Source: Octopus sinensis (Eukaryota). Taken from it: a stretch of 64,000 nucleotides of DNA. The translations under genes were made by a program, and so were the position numbers. Below, one piece after another: positions 47,994 to 60,254 of the stretch. The notes under the pieces were generated by a model, which saw only the letters and a program-made list of their open reading frames with translations, did not search any database and was not told where the DNA came from. Position 1 is the stretch's first letter. Each line of letters starts with the position of its first letter. The stretch spans positions 1,240,001 to 1,304,000 of the forward strand of contig NC_043026.1 in NCBI RefSeq assembly GCF_006345805.1, written 5' to 3'.

Positions 47994-50700
47994 AAGCCTT
48001 GACATCATCTTCAGATGTGAGGGTTGCGGCATACACAGAGATCAGCATAAATCTGTCCTAAATGAGTGGTATCCAAATAGTCATCAGATGCTCACTGACG
48101 GCAGTTGGGACAAGTATGTGTTGGTCCATGAGTTGCGTTTTGATGGCAAGGCCAAATCCATGGATGCGTGCTTCATTAGGATTCTTCCCCTTCCAAAAGA
48201 TGGCATAGTTGGAGCCAGCTTCTCTGATGCTGCCTTCTCCGGGAAGCCTAGTCTCACTCAAGGCTGCCACGTTGATGTTGAAGTGAGCAAGTTCCTTGCA
48301 GACAAGGGCTGTACATCACTCTGGGGTCAATTAATGTCACTCTTGACCTGGAGAGGACCCGAAGGTGAGAGGTTGTGAAACAGACGATTTAGGACAGATT
48401 CCTTTTGCTGATCTCTGTGTATGCTGCAACCCTCACATCTGAAGACGATGTCAAGGCTTCATTCTCCAACCTGCTGGTTCGCACCATCCTTCATGAAACC
48501 ATGACCGCTACCACCGAAGAGACAATCGGCTTTGCCTGGAAGAAGGACCCAGACTGGTTTGACGAGAAGGATGAAATCATCTTCCTCTTATCGAAGCCAA
48601 ACTCGTGATGCACCCTGCCCCAGAGAACCATGCCACTGTGGAGAACAAATGAAAACACCAGCAAGCATTAGCAGAATGCCAGCGAGGAATTCGAGAAGCT
48701 CAGAACATCTGGTGGCTGAGGAGATGCAAGACTATGCGGAGCAATGAGACTTGCACAGCTTTTATGCCACAGCCAAGATCTTCGATCCCACACGGTCATC
48801 AGTGGGTGGTCTGAAGAATACAGCTGGCTCTATGATAATCAACACCCAGGGAATCCTCAATTGCTGGAAGTCCCATTTCGAGTGCCTACTTAACGACCAC
48901 TCATGCACTCCTGATGATCTCCTCCAAAACAGCCCACAGCTCCCCATCTGCCATTGGATGTCCCTGTCACCCTCATGCCATGAGTTCAACAAAGCACTTG
49001 TGTGCATGGAGCCAGAGAAAGTTCCAGGACCAGACAAAAGCTTGTTTGAATTTTTCACGCACAGAGGCCTTGAGCTGAGAAATCCTCTGATGTTCCTTGT
49101 CCTCAAGATCTGGGAAAGCAAGACCCCCACCTCCCACCGAACGACTGCTGTGATGCAACTATCATCACCATCTACAAGAAGGGAAACCGAGAGGATTGCA
49201 ACAACTATCGGAGCATCTCCTGAGTATCACAAGTAAGATCTTCACTCGTATCCTACTCAATCGCCTCCCCATCCTTGTGGAAGATGTCCTCCTTGAATCC
49301 CAGTGTGGTTTTTGACCCTCTCAAGGCACAATCGACATGATCTTTTGCGCTCGTCAACTCCAGAAGAAGTGTCAGGAACAACAGTAGCCTGCAATGTTCA
49401 TCTGGGATCTAAAGAAAGGCTTTGATAAGATCCCCTATCCTGCAATGTGAGCTGTCCTTGCCTGGTTTGGATGTCCTGAGGACTTCATTGACCTGGTCTG
49501 CTCCCTTTGTGATGACATGATGGGTAGGGTATGCCATCAAAATGCCCTCACAGACCTGTTTCCCATCACTGGGGGTCTTAAGCAAGGATGTGTCCTGGCA
49601 CCAACCTGTTTCTCTTTGTACATGGCTGCCATGTTCAATGAAATCCCACTAGACTTGCCTTCCGTCAACATGTACTACCGCTTGGATGGCAGACTCTTCA
49701 ATCTTACATGTCTCCGTGCAAAACCAAGGACCTCCACCATCTCAGTCCATGAGATGCAGTATGCCAATGACAAGGCCTCTCTGAGCTGGACCGTAGACGG
49801 TCTACAAAGGATGGCTGATCTTTACAACATGGCTTATGAATGCTTCAGACACTGATCCAACCTGCACCAGGCCAGATCAGTCCACCCATAAACATTAGCA
49901 TCAATGGCCAACCCCTAGAAGAAGTTGAACACTTCGCATACCTTGGCAGTATCCTTTCGAAGACCTGCCCCCATGTATGCAAAGGATGTGGAGAACTGGA
50001 TTGGGGCAGCCCACTCCACCTTCAGCAGACTCAGCCAATGTGTATTCGTCTATCACACATTGACCATCCAGACAAAGATCACGGTCTTCTATGTTATTGT
50101 CCAGTCAACTCTACACTTGTGAGACTAGGACGTTGTACCACCATCACTTCAAACACCCTGAGTGCTTCCAGCATTCAAAGCTACAACAAATCCTCAACAT
50201 CATTAGATGGGAAGATCACATTACCAACATGAGGCTCTTTGCTGTGCCTCACTACCAAGCGTCGAAGCCATCATTCTTCACCATTGTCTCCACTGGGCAG
50301 GTCACATCCAGCGTATGGAGCCCTCTTGTCTCCCAGGGATCATGCTCTACAGAGAATGTGCAATTGGAACAAGACTCAGAGGAGGTCCGAAATTCCATTT
50401 TAATGACCAGCTCAAATGCACCTTGGCTCAAGCTAACATCCAGCCATCCTTATGGGAACAGATTGTCATGGATAATCTGGAGGACTGCTATCCACAATGC
50501 ACCTTTGAGCAGAACAGACAACAGAATGAGGAGGTAAAATGCAGAAGAAAGGAGTGTCTTCAACATCCTCGACCTGCACTGACCATCTGGTGTGAGTTCT
50601 GCCCATGACTTTTTCACCACCGACTTGAACTCCAAAGTCACTTTCGGCATAGAAATTAGCCGAGGAGACTAGATGAAAACTGATGGACCCTCAGATGCAA
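47994..50700 (+). mobile_element. RTE (BovB/RTE-1-like) LINE, degenerate, with inverted 5' segment
   Basis: Endonuclease N-terminus (ELAHFNINVAALSETRL) on the minus strand at 47994-48390. Body on the plus strand with GLKQGCVLAPT, EMQYAND and HCLHWAGHIQRM. Confidence 0.88.
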
Positions 50701-50759
50701 ACTGGAGCTGACTGTTCATTTAATGAAATGAATGCTATTAAAGTGAATTTAAGTGCATT

Positions 50760-53176
50760 GCTTCTAAGACAGGTAAAATTGGCTCTTTGAAATGCTTCAA
50801 AATAGTTTCTACTGAAAATCATTTGATATTCCTCAGTATATTAATATTTCCTGGCAAACGGTGCTTGAGCTCTTTGTAAAGGCAGAATAAAAAATTGTGT
50901 TCGTTTGCAAATATTATTTTCTTCTGTGGCTGTTACAGTCTTCTTGATAATCATTTCTGCTATCTTTCTCTCGAATCTGTAGCTTAAATTTGGTTTAGAA
51001 TCCAGAAATGTTTCAATAGAAGCATCAGGATCAAGAGGATCGATTCTACATGTTGGCAACACTATCATATTAGCAACCGATTTGATCAAATTTGAAAGAT
51101 CTTCAAGTAATTTTGTTTTGTCGACAGTGTTTGATTCAAACAGTTTATTCACTTCCTGAAAATGTTTTAAAATTGGACGCAAAAATAAAAGATAAAATTC
51201 ATTCCAAGAATCACAAAACATTTCATGGAACGTTTGTGCCGGAAAGCATTTTTTTTTTGCAGTTGTAGTTTGGATTCAAACCATTGGCTTCAAATTCTAT
51301 TTACAGCTGGTTCTATTGATGACCATACAAAAATTCATAATCTTCAAAGGCTCTTTTTATCATTGATAGCAAGGTAAAGTTGTTTGTAGGCAATGAGAGG
51401 ACCATTTATAGGTTTTGGATAATAAAAATTCTAAATTTATGGGCTGGCATTCAGCACAAATGTGGGATACTGCCAACTGTAAAGAATGACACACCCTTCT
51501 AAATAGAAATAATGATGGAACGTCTTTTTATTTCTGGAAAACACCATTGTTGACTCCTATCATTGCTCTAGCATTGTCGGTTCCTATGGCCAGTAAATGT
51601 TTTATATCTAATTTCTTTTTCGCTAATTCAATTTTCAAGGCATCTGCAATGCCATCTGCATCACATGTTTCTAAAGATACCACACTGAGATATGTTTGTA
51701 CCACTTTTTTGTGAGTGTCACTGTAATATATGATAGCAATTCCTAACAACTTGTTTATCGATATATCATTTGGATTCATCTAATAACAGGCTAAATTTTC
51801 TATCTCCTATATCAGAAATTAAATCTCCATCAAAATATGGCACCAGAACATTTCTCACGATATTTGCACATTTTGTATGATGCAACTTCACTTTGGATAT
51901 AATATCACTAACATATAATTCTTACATAACTTTATTAAGTGACCACAGTTTATTAAATGATGAATGGCAACAAATGAACATTGCCAAATTTGCTTCAAGC
52001 ATAGATGTCTTATCATTTTTGGTTTTAATAAAATTGCTAAGAGGAATCATTTGCTGTGGAGTTGTTTCTATGCTTCACAGTGGTTTACTAAAAGAGAATA
52101 TTTTGCCAACATATTACATCTACAATATCTGCAATGTGCTTTAGATTGGTCACTCGGTACTTCACACAATCACTTAGTAAACACTGGCATCTTAAGCCAT
52201 TCCTTTCGGAATTTTTGCTGGTGCAACTGTGTTTGTTTGCTCATTATAATGTAGTGGGAAGCAAGAAAATAAATTGAATGATTAATAAAAATATAAAACT
52301 GAAAACACAACTTATCAGTTTGCCGCTAACGATTCTTTCATTCGTCATCAACAATTCTTATGTTTGCTGCTAACAAATTCTTGAGGTGAAGAATACTGAT
52401 TCAGGATGCAGGGTGGCCAACTTAGAAATGGAAAAGTAAAATCTGCAGAAATCTTAAAACTGTGTTCTGATATAAACCTGGGAATATCATATTCTGCTTC
52501 CAATCTTACATTTAATATCTATTGGTAAAACCACAAATATAACTACAATACTTGAAAAAAAAGTAAGTAGAAATATAAAGGGCAAGGCCCCGCCACCCCC
52601 ATACTTCTACACAAGATATATGATCCAAAACAAGCATGAAAAAACACAGGCCTGTTTTAAAACGGTCAAACTGAAAGTAAATCAGTCAACCCGTCCTGAT
52701 AAAAACTCATCACTACAGAATAAAGTGGTGTTAGGACAAATTTCCATGCTTTCATTCTTTGCAACATATTTACATTATTGTGTAGGGAGTTCAGTTACTG
52801 ACATGATTTATCTTCCCCCCACCCCACCAGAACCACTCTGAATCGAAGCAGTGGGAGGGGAGGCTGGAAAAGTTCATAACTTCACAAACTTCCTTTTGAT
52901 AAACATTCATTTGAAGTTTCATGGAAGTGAAAGAAAAATTCAACAATAGCCAATAGTGCTCAAATTTGGGTGTAAGATACGTTAACAAAAGTAGCAAAGG
53001 AGGAAAAAGAAGAAAAAAAGGGTAACTATTGTGGAAATGTCCTGATCAGAAAAAAATTGCTAAATAAAATGTAAAAGCTGCTATTTTTCCTGCTAAATGC
53101 TAGATTCAAAAATGTTCTGCTAAATGCTGAGAAAAATGCTGGATCTAGCATAAAATAGGCTAAATTGGCGACACTG
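50760..53176 (-). mobile_element. hAT-superfamily transposon remnant with left TIR
   Basis: Zinc-finger-like N-terminus from 52244 (QKFRKEWLK...KAHCRYC), LAIGTDNARAMIGVNNGV catalytic region, and CAGTGTCGCCAA terminus at 53165-53176. Confidence 0.78.
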
Positions 53177-53407
53177 CAATGAAATTTTAGAGAAACACCT
53201 TAAACAGCATAGATTACAATTATAAAGAAATTTGTGGGGAAAATGTTTTATGAAAGGGTGGGGAGAAGATTGTTGGAAAATTTACACTATCGGTTTGTTT
53301 TTTTATTTATCATTATAATCTATGTCGTTGAAAAAGGCGATGGAGAGGTTTACTTGAAATGTATCTTTCATTTCATTTTGGGTATCATCACATTTGGAAA
53401 CTAATGC

Positions 53408-53701
53408 TTGAGAATGGAGAATTTCAATACTTTTGAAAATTGTAATTTTGATTACTATGAATGCATCAGGACTTTTCACTGTAATGATCAAAAGTCAGTT
53501 GAGTTCCTTCATTCATATGGAGTATTACCAAACATAGTGATATGCCCACATGGAAACAATAATGGGGAAATACCTTGCTCTAACAATTTTGAAGATAGCA
53601 CACATAGAAACATTGAAAGACTTTGGAGAGACATAAAAGAATCAATCCAAAAGCCAGGAATTCAATCAAAATATCTGCAACAATATCTTGCAAGATATTG
53701 A
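53408..53701 (+). pseudogene. Internally deleted Merlin (IS1595-family) transposase
   Basis: N-terminal FLHSYGVLPNIVICP joined in frame to C-terminal THRNIERLWRDIK...PGIQSKYLQQYLARY. Confidence 0.65.
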
Positions 53702-53710
53702 TTTATAATT

Positions 53711-54223
53711 TATAGTGGTCGTATACTGTCAACTCAATGTGACAGTCCCGTAAGGGAATTACACCACTGCCATTTAGCCCTAGGAAACATCAATGTCTCC
53801 TGTTGGCTTTGACACATTTTCTGTGTCCTTATATTTGCAAAGGGGAGACAATCACCCTCGCCAGCTGGGACTAAGCACCTGAAGACATATGTTTCTGAGA
53901 CATTTAGAAATTCAATATTTCTAATTTCGGTGATCAGTAAATACATTTTACTGAAAATATGATATATTTGCGAAGAGGTTGCAGTCATCTCAGCGAGCGA
54001 GACTGACAACCCTGAACTGACGACGAGCAATAGACTCAGAAACATATGTCTTCAGGTGCTTAGTCCCAGCTGGCGAGGGTGATTGTCTCCCCTTTGCAAA
54101 TATAAGGACACAGAAAATGTGTCAAAGCCGACAGGAAACGTCGATGTTTCCTAGGGCTAAATGGTGGTAGTATAATTCCTTTACGGGACTGTCACATTGA
54201 GTTGACAGTATACGACCACTATA
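53711..54223 (+). mobile_element. Fold-back element, 189-bp inverted arms, carrying a hammerhead
   Basis: Arms 53711-53899 and 54035-54223 are reverse complements; hammerhead at 54001-54065. Confidence 0.85.
54001..54065 (+). ncRNA. Type I hammerhead ribozyme motif with extended stem I
   Basis: GACTGA-CAAC-CCTGAA-CTGACGA-C-GAG(CAATAGA)CTC-A-GAAA-CATATG-TC^TTCAGG-TGC-TTAGTC. Core intact; predicted cleavage after 54050. Confidence 0.85.
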
Positions 54224-54394
54224 TCGCTCTGAGACATTTAGAAATTCAATATTTCTAATTTTGATTTATAATTTCTCAACATGAAGAAAGTCTGTTGCAC
54301 AAGTTCTTTATAGAGGCAGCCAAGTTATACCTTCCTCTCGAATCGTTGCCATCAAATAATTACCAAGATGAAAGGGTAAATTTTGATCCTTTCA

Positions 54395-54870
54395 CCTGCA
54401 CGATTTTCACTAAGAAAAAAAAAATCTCAGATTTTTTGCGTGGAATCAAGTACCCTGACCTCCTAATATACTACAAACTCCTTATTTTTGTTCAGAAAAA
54501 GAGCCCCCCCCACACCCAGAATCATTGGAAATTTTTTTTTTCATTGAGTGAATTTCAGTGACTTCCTAGTATGCTACAAAACCCTTTTTAGAGTCCGGAA
54601 AATGGGGTGGGGTGAGGTGGAAGCCTCAGAAATTTCACCCTCTGCACGATTTTCACTAAGAAAAAATAGAAAACTCAGATTTTTTGCATGGAATCAAGTA
54701 CTCTGACCCCTTTATTTTTGTTGTGTGTGTGGTGGGGGGATTCGGACCCCCCCCATATCCAGGAATCATTGGAAATTTTTTTCATTGACTGAATTCCGGT
54801 GACCTCCTAATATGCTACAAAACCCTTTTTTGGGTTCAGGGGTGGGGTGGGGTGAAACCCTCGGAAATTT
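54395..54870. repeat. Diverged tandem duplication, period about 243 bp
   Basis: CTGCACGATTTT(T)CACTAAG...ATGCTACAAAACCC occurs twice. Confidence 0.8.
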
Positions 54871-55419
54871 CACTATCCACCCCCATTTTCAAATATTTCA
54901 AAGATGTTTCTGCAAAAATTCATTAAAAGATATCCTTTTTCCTGAAAGTTACGAGGGAAAAAATCGGATCGTGTGAATTTTCCGAAACACTTTCCCCGCA
55001 GCTTCGGAAAACATTTCCCCTCAAATTTTTCTAAAACGTTTTTATTACTTCGGAAGAAGTATTTTGTTGGGATTAATCCAATGAATTGACAGCAAGTTAT
55101 GTAAGAAGTACTTTTGTAAAACAAAGTTTCTGGCTAGTCCTGTCCCATTCACACAAAGGTTGGTTACTGATGAACAAAATTATGACTGGATAAGAATTTG
55201 GTAAATATTTACAATAACACCATACCTGCCAAATACTAAGCTTAGCCGTAACCCTAACACCAAATACTAACCTTAACACCATACCTAGAAAAAGTTTGTG
55301 TAGAAATTTCACTTTTACTGTGGATGTTGGTTTTCTACATTTACACATTTTTGGCGATTTAGTAAAGTTATTTGCCACTATTAGATAACACGATCGGTTT
55401 AACGGTCCTGCGAAGTCTA

Positions 55420-57240
55420 TGTGTAGTCTGGACCTTGGAATATTGGTCTTGGGCCAAGGTTGAAATTTTATTGGTGCTGATTTCTCTGTAAGAGCTCAAT
55501 CTCTGCAGGATTTACCAACTTCTCAATATCCAAATCCATTTTTGGCCAGTAAACATAACTCCTCATAAGTGACTTCATTCTAGAAATTCCTGGATGTCCA
55601 GTGTGGAATTCCTTTAACATCCGACCTTGTAGTGAGGTAGACATTATGACCCTCTGTGCATACATAAGCACATTATCACATATCGAACACAAATTTGAGA
55701 CTTTGTTACGTCGAGCTACACGTAATTTTTATTTGCTTCTGATCTCACTGTATTTTTCATTTTTATGATAAACTCATCCGTCTCTGCCTTCATTTTTATT
55801 TTCTCCAGTGTCACAGGCAATTTATGCACAATATTTTTATTTCATTTTAGGCTTCTAGGGGTTCACTGTATTTTGGTATTAAACTTGTCAAATCATCTGC
55901 ATGTCCCAATATTTTCGATGGCAAATATTCCATTTTGATATTGTAATTCAGTAGGATTGTTCCCCAGCACTACAATCTGTTGGTTGTATGTGTGAGGATA
56001 CCCTTTTTTTATCCATAGATCGACGACAATAATGGGTGGTGGTCTGTCTGCAGACAGAACCCTCTTCCATATATAAATTTAATGCCTCTTTTTCTATTTG
56101 ACTGTAACTTTTCTCAGCCGGCAATAATGAACACGAAACAGGAGCTGCTGCTTTCAGGCTACCATTTGTGTAAAACCACAGCTCCAATACCACTTTCACT
56201 AGCATCTGTTGCCACTACTATTTCTAAAGTCAGGCCAAAATGTGATAACGTCAATTTCGAAGTTAAGACATTTTTAATCTCTTCAAATACTTTTTGGCAT
56301 TTGACTGACCAGTTCTACTTAACGTCTTTTTTTAACAAGTTATTCAGGGGTTCTCTTAAATCGTGCATATTCGGTATGCATACCTGGTAGTAATTTGCAA
56401 GCTCCCAAAATGCTTGCTACATTGTAATGTTTGTTGGCAAAGGCATATTTTTTTATTGCCCCCACCCTAATTCATTTAATTTGAAATTTTCACACTCTCT
56501 GTTAACAATCGTAGCATAGGTGATGAAATCTTCATCATATTTTTTAACTAAATTTAAACATTTTATATAAGTATTGAACGGGGAACTTCTACTGAAAATT
56601 CTTGATAATAAATTAATTGTTTCATTGAAACAAATCTCACCTAGTTTCTTCGGCAGAATATAATTACAGTATTTTTTTGTGTTCGGCAGGGGATAACTTT
56701 CTTAAAAGTAGCCGCACCCTCTTCTCATCATTCCAATTTTTACATTCTTCTTTGAAGATTTCTTCGTATCTTCTAAAATATGCAGAAAAAATAGTACCTT
56801 ATTCTGGGTTATAAATAAATTCTCCAATTGAATTTACTACACCGTCTGACGAGAGCGAACCTGAAGTGTTTTCAGACTTCTTCAACATTACTTCCAGTAA
56901 CTGTTGAGATTGTTGTTGTTGTTGTAACTGCACCACGCAAATCAATAAGTCTTCCAGGTTAATGATTTTCTTCTTTGATTTTGTACCAAAAAAAAAGAAA
57001 ATCTGTTAACGGCTGACACAAGCTTCGAATATCTCATCACCACTTTTATATCCTGGATATATAATTTAACAATGTAGCGGTAAAATCAACGTGTTCATAC
57101 ATCGTACTTCGTGGGACTCTTGAACGCCCTCTCAACGACTCCTACCGACCCCTGTCTCAACCAATACGTTACTCTTTATAAGAGTTTGGCTAGTCCATTC
57201 TTCCAATTCGCCAGGGGTGTCAATGACTTTCGCCACAACA
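55420..57240 (-). mobile_element. Gypsy-type LTR retrotransposon remnant with probable 5' LTR and PBS
   Basis: Integrase zinc finger (FHTGHPGISRMKSLMRSYVYWP) and RNase H (AEKSYSQIEKEAL). TG-starting LTR at about 57043-57240, followed by TGGTGATGAG (decayed TGGCGACGAG PBS) at 57033-57042. Confidence 0.8.
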
Positions 57241-59134
57241 ATATAGATACACATGCACCCAGACACTAGCATTGCTGTGTCGTGAGAAACTTGCTTCTGA
57301 ATCATGTGGTCTTCAATCCAATCTCTCTGCTTGACACTTTGGGCAAGTGAGTGGATATGAGAGAGAAAAACTTCAAGTGGCTTGTCTCATATAGGTGTGT
57401 GTGTGTGTGTGTGAGTGTGTGCATGCAAAACAAAGTGGCAAAGATGCTACCTGAATACCAAATGCAGAGTAAAATAATACTTTATTAAAGCTCAGAAAAA
57501 CTTCACAAACTTTTAGTTAGAGTTTCATGCGATCGTTCATCAGGCAATTGCGCATTATCACAACTCTCTGACTGACAGTTCGTGGAGCTTTAATAAAATA
57601 GTATATATATATATATATATTTAAAAAAGGAGATGTGGAACATGAGTTGTGATATATAAAAAAGGAAATGAAGAATATGCTGACAAAATAATTTAAGTAA
57701 TTTAATTAGGTGAAAGTTCTTTTTACCGGTTGGGAGTGAACAGAAATAGGATTTGACTTCCAGTTCCTTAGAAAAACTGTTTAGCACACATTTTTACCAA
57801 CAAATCGACCCAAGAAGTAGCTAAGACAGATGGGGCAGAGGTAAAAAATAAGCACACCACCTGCTTTTTTGCGTAACAAAAACCCTAACCGTAACCCTAA
57901 ACACCGGGTGTGCGTATTCTTTACCTTCGCCGATGACTGGAACCTCTGTCACCACGAATATTATACATTATGTTGGGCAAAGTACATGTTGCCGTATGCA
58001 ATAGCAGCTTGCTGTAGACTCCAAGCAGTATCTCTCTCAGTATGTAATTATTGCTGTTATTTGTAACAGTTTGTCTTTAAGTACGATAATAAAATCTTCT
58101 GTTAAATGTTCGCAGGTGTTGTTCAGTTAGTTCTAAACACAGTCCAAGAAACCTGTTTTCATTCATCAGTTCAACCAGTCACTACCACAGATCGACCAAC
58201 AACCTTCAAGCCGCAACGATATTAAATCGTTATCGAATGTCGCTTTCAAGATCATAGAATAAGATAATTGCTATTCTGATCAAACAACTACGAAGAGATT
58301 CCAATCTTTTGCACATGTTGCCTTTGTGAACCTTGTATTGTGTGTTTATCTCTTTTGTTGCGTATGAGCAGACGCGTGTTTACGGTCTTTGAGTGTGTAT
58401 AGGGATGTACGTGCGTATGTATTCGTACTTGGCAGAATATATATGTGATAAGGAGAAAAAGGGTGAAATAAAAAAAGAGTTACTGCGTGCGTCTATGTGC
58501 GAGTGTGAAAAGGTTTTATGGCTTCTCACGCATTGGCCTTCTCCTTCCCTATGTCTCTGACTGTGTACAGAGTTTCTCACCCGGTTTCTCTTTCACATTT
58601 TTTTCCCTTTTATCTTTACACTTGATTCATCTCCCCTTTATTAATCGTTTTCTCTTCTTCCTTCTTATTCTAAATTATTGACCAAATGGGTTGTATTTCT
58701 TCTTCATGCTCTCTCTCTCTCTCTCTCTCTCTGCCTTTCTGCTGTTGTCTCTTCTCCCTTTTCTTCTCTTCCTGTATCCTTATCACCATATATCAGGTCA
58801 TCCCATAAGTTCTGTCCGATTTTACCTTTTTTAAAAGTGAATGAAATTTAATAGATTCCCCTTTACATTTCTTAATATAAGTGCAAAAAGGTAATAAAAT
58901 ATTATTATAAACTTGAAATAAAAGTTTATTTGCAGAGTCACTCTTTCTTCATTCAGGGCAAACATTTGAGAAGATTACTTTATGAACACAACCGAGACCA
59001 GTGTTCACACATGGACAACTGGATGTTGCCTTATCCATAATGTCCACAGGATTTTCATGGTTGAATACACACACACACACACACACACAGAGTCAGTAGT
59101 TCATATATCCAAAAAGAAACACATTCTAAAGAAG

Positions 59135-59409
59135 CATAGAGTGACCATTGGGTTTGCACCTATAGGCACTTAGCAGTACAGGTGTCCGACTGCTGGTTTC
59201 ATATCTATAAAGCACTTAGCAGTACAGGTGTCTGACTGCTGGTTTCATATCTATAAAGCACTTAGCAGTACAGGTGTCTCGTCAGACTTAAATGACTGAA
59301 GGCACATAACTCCAGTTGTAGAGAGGTTATGTGCCTTTGGCCATTTGAGCCTGACAAGTCCCCTATACTGCTAAATGCCTATAGGTGCAAACCCAATGGT
59401 CACTCTATG
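59135..59409. mobile_element. MITE with 44-bp TIRs and internal 41-bp tandem repeat
   Basis: CATAGAGTGACCATTGGGTTTGCACCTATAGGC / GCCTATAGGTGCAAACCCAATGGTCACTCTATG. Confidence 0.8.
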
Positions 59410-59432
59410 ACCAACCATAACAATTAACTTCC

Positions 59433-59495
<63 letters not shown>

Positions 59496-59545
59496 ACCAA
59501 TAATAAATCTCTGAATGAGGTATAAACAGTAACTGCACAACAATG

Positions 59546-60035
59546 TGAGGTATATTTGCCATCTCAATATGGCTAACCACTAAGGGTGGGTGTTACTGTA
59601 GCTTGTAGCCCCAGGAGAGCATCGTCTCCAGCTGGCTTTAGGCACACTTTCTGTGCCCTAACGGTATTTGCAAAGGGAGGTTATCCTTCCATCGTCAACC
59701 TAAGTGATACGTTCATAGATTTATTATTGCTTGTATACACTTTTTCAGGATCAGTGACGAAAAGTTACTGGAAAAAGGATATAAATATTTGCATTGGAAA
59801 CTCCTTTCATTGAAAACCAGTGATTGTCATACGCTGATGACGGGTCAATACCCAGAAACTGCAGTCCGTGCGTATCACTTAGGTTGACAAGGGAAGGATG
59901 ACCTCCCTTCGAAAATACAGATAGGGCACAGAAAGTGTGCCTATAGCCAGCTGGAGGAGATGCTCTCCTGGGGCTACAAGCTACAGTAACACCCACCCTT
60001 AGTGGTTAGCCATATTGAGATGGCAAATATACCTC

Positions 60036-60036
<1 letters not shown>
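59546..60036 (+). mobile_element. Fold-back element, 166-bp inverted arms, carrying a hammerhead
   Basis: Arms 59546-59711 and 59871-60036; hammerhead at 59819-59879 in the spacer. Confidence 0.85.
59819..59879 (+). ncRNA. Type I hammerhead ribozyme motif with extended stem I
   Basis: AGTGAT-TGTCA-TACG-CTGATGA-C-GGGT(CAAT)ACCC-A-GAAA-CTGCAG-TC^CGTG-CGT-ATCACT. Core intact; predicted cleavage after 59866. Confidence 0.85.
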
Positions 60037-60082
<46 letters not shown>

Positions 60083-60116
60083 AATACACACACACGCACA
60101 TATATATATAGAGAAT

Positions 60117-60254
60117 ACCAAACGAGTTCCCTATAGATACCGTATTTATTACAACTCGTGGCTTGTAAACGTATCTAACAAGCGAAAGCGACTTAGATAC
60201 GTTTACAGGCCACGAGTTGTAATAAATACGGTATCCATAGGGAATGAGTTTGGT
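60117..60254. repeat. Near-perfect 138-nt hairpin
   Basis: 62-bp arms with few mismatches; 14-nt loop CAAGCGAAAGCGAC. Confidence 0.9.

Noticed and set aside
57515-57550. Minus-strand CTGATGA...GAAAC hammerhead-like string
   Set aside because: Stem II is poor, stem III is not palindromic, and stem I does not pair.
57832-57928. Telomere-like CCCTAA motifs (also about 55245-55285)
   Set aside because: Only 2-3 imperfect units inside a small inverted-repeat element; not an interstitial telomere array.
59225-59290. Minus-strand CTGACGA...GAAAC...GTC in the MITE
   Set aside because: No consistent stems I and II; likely chance.
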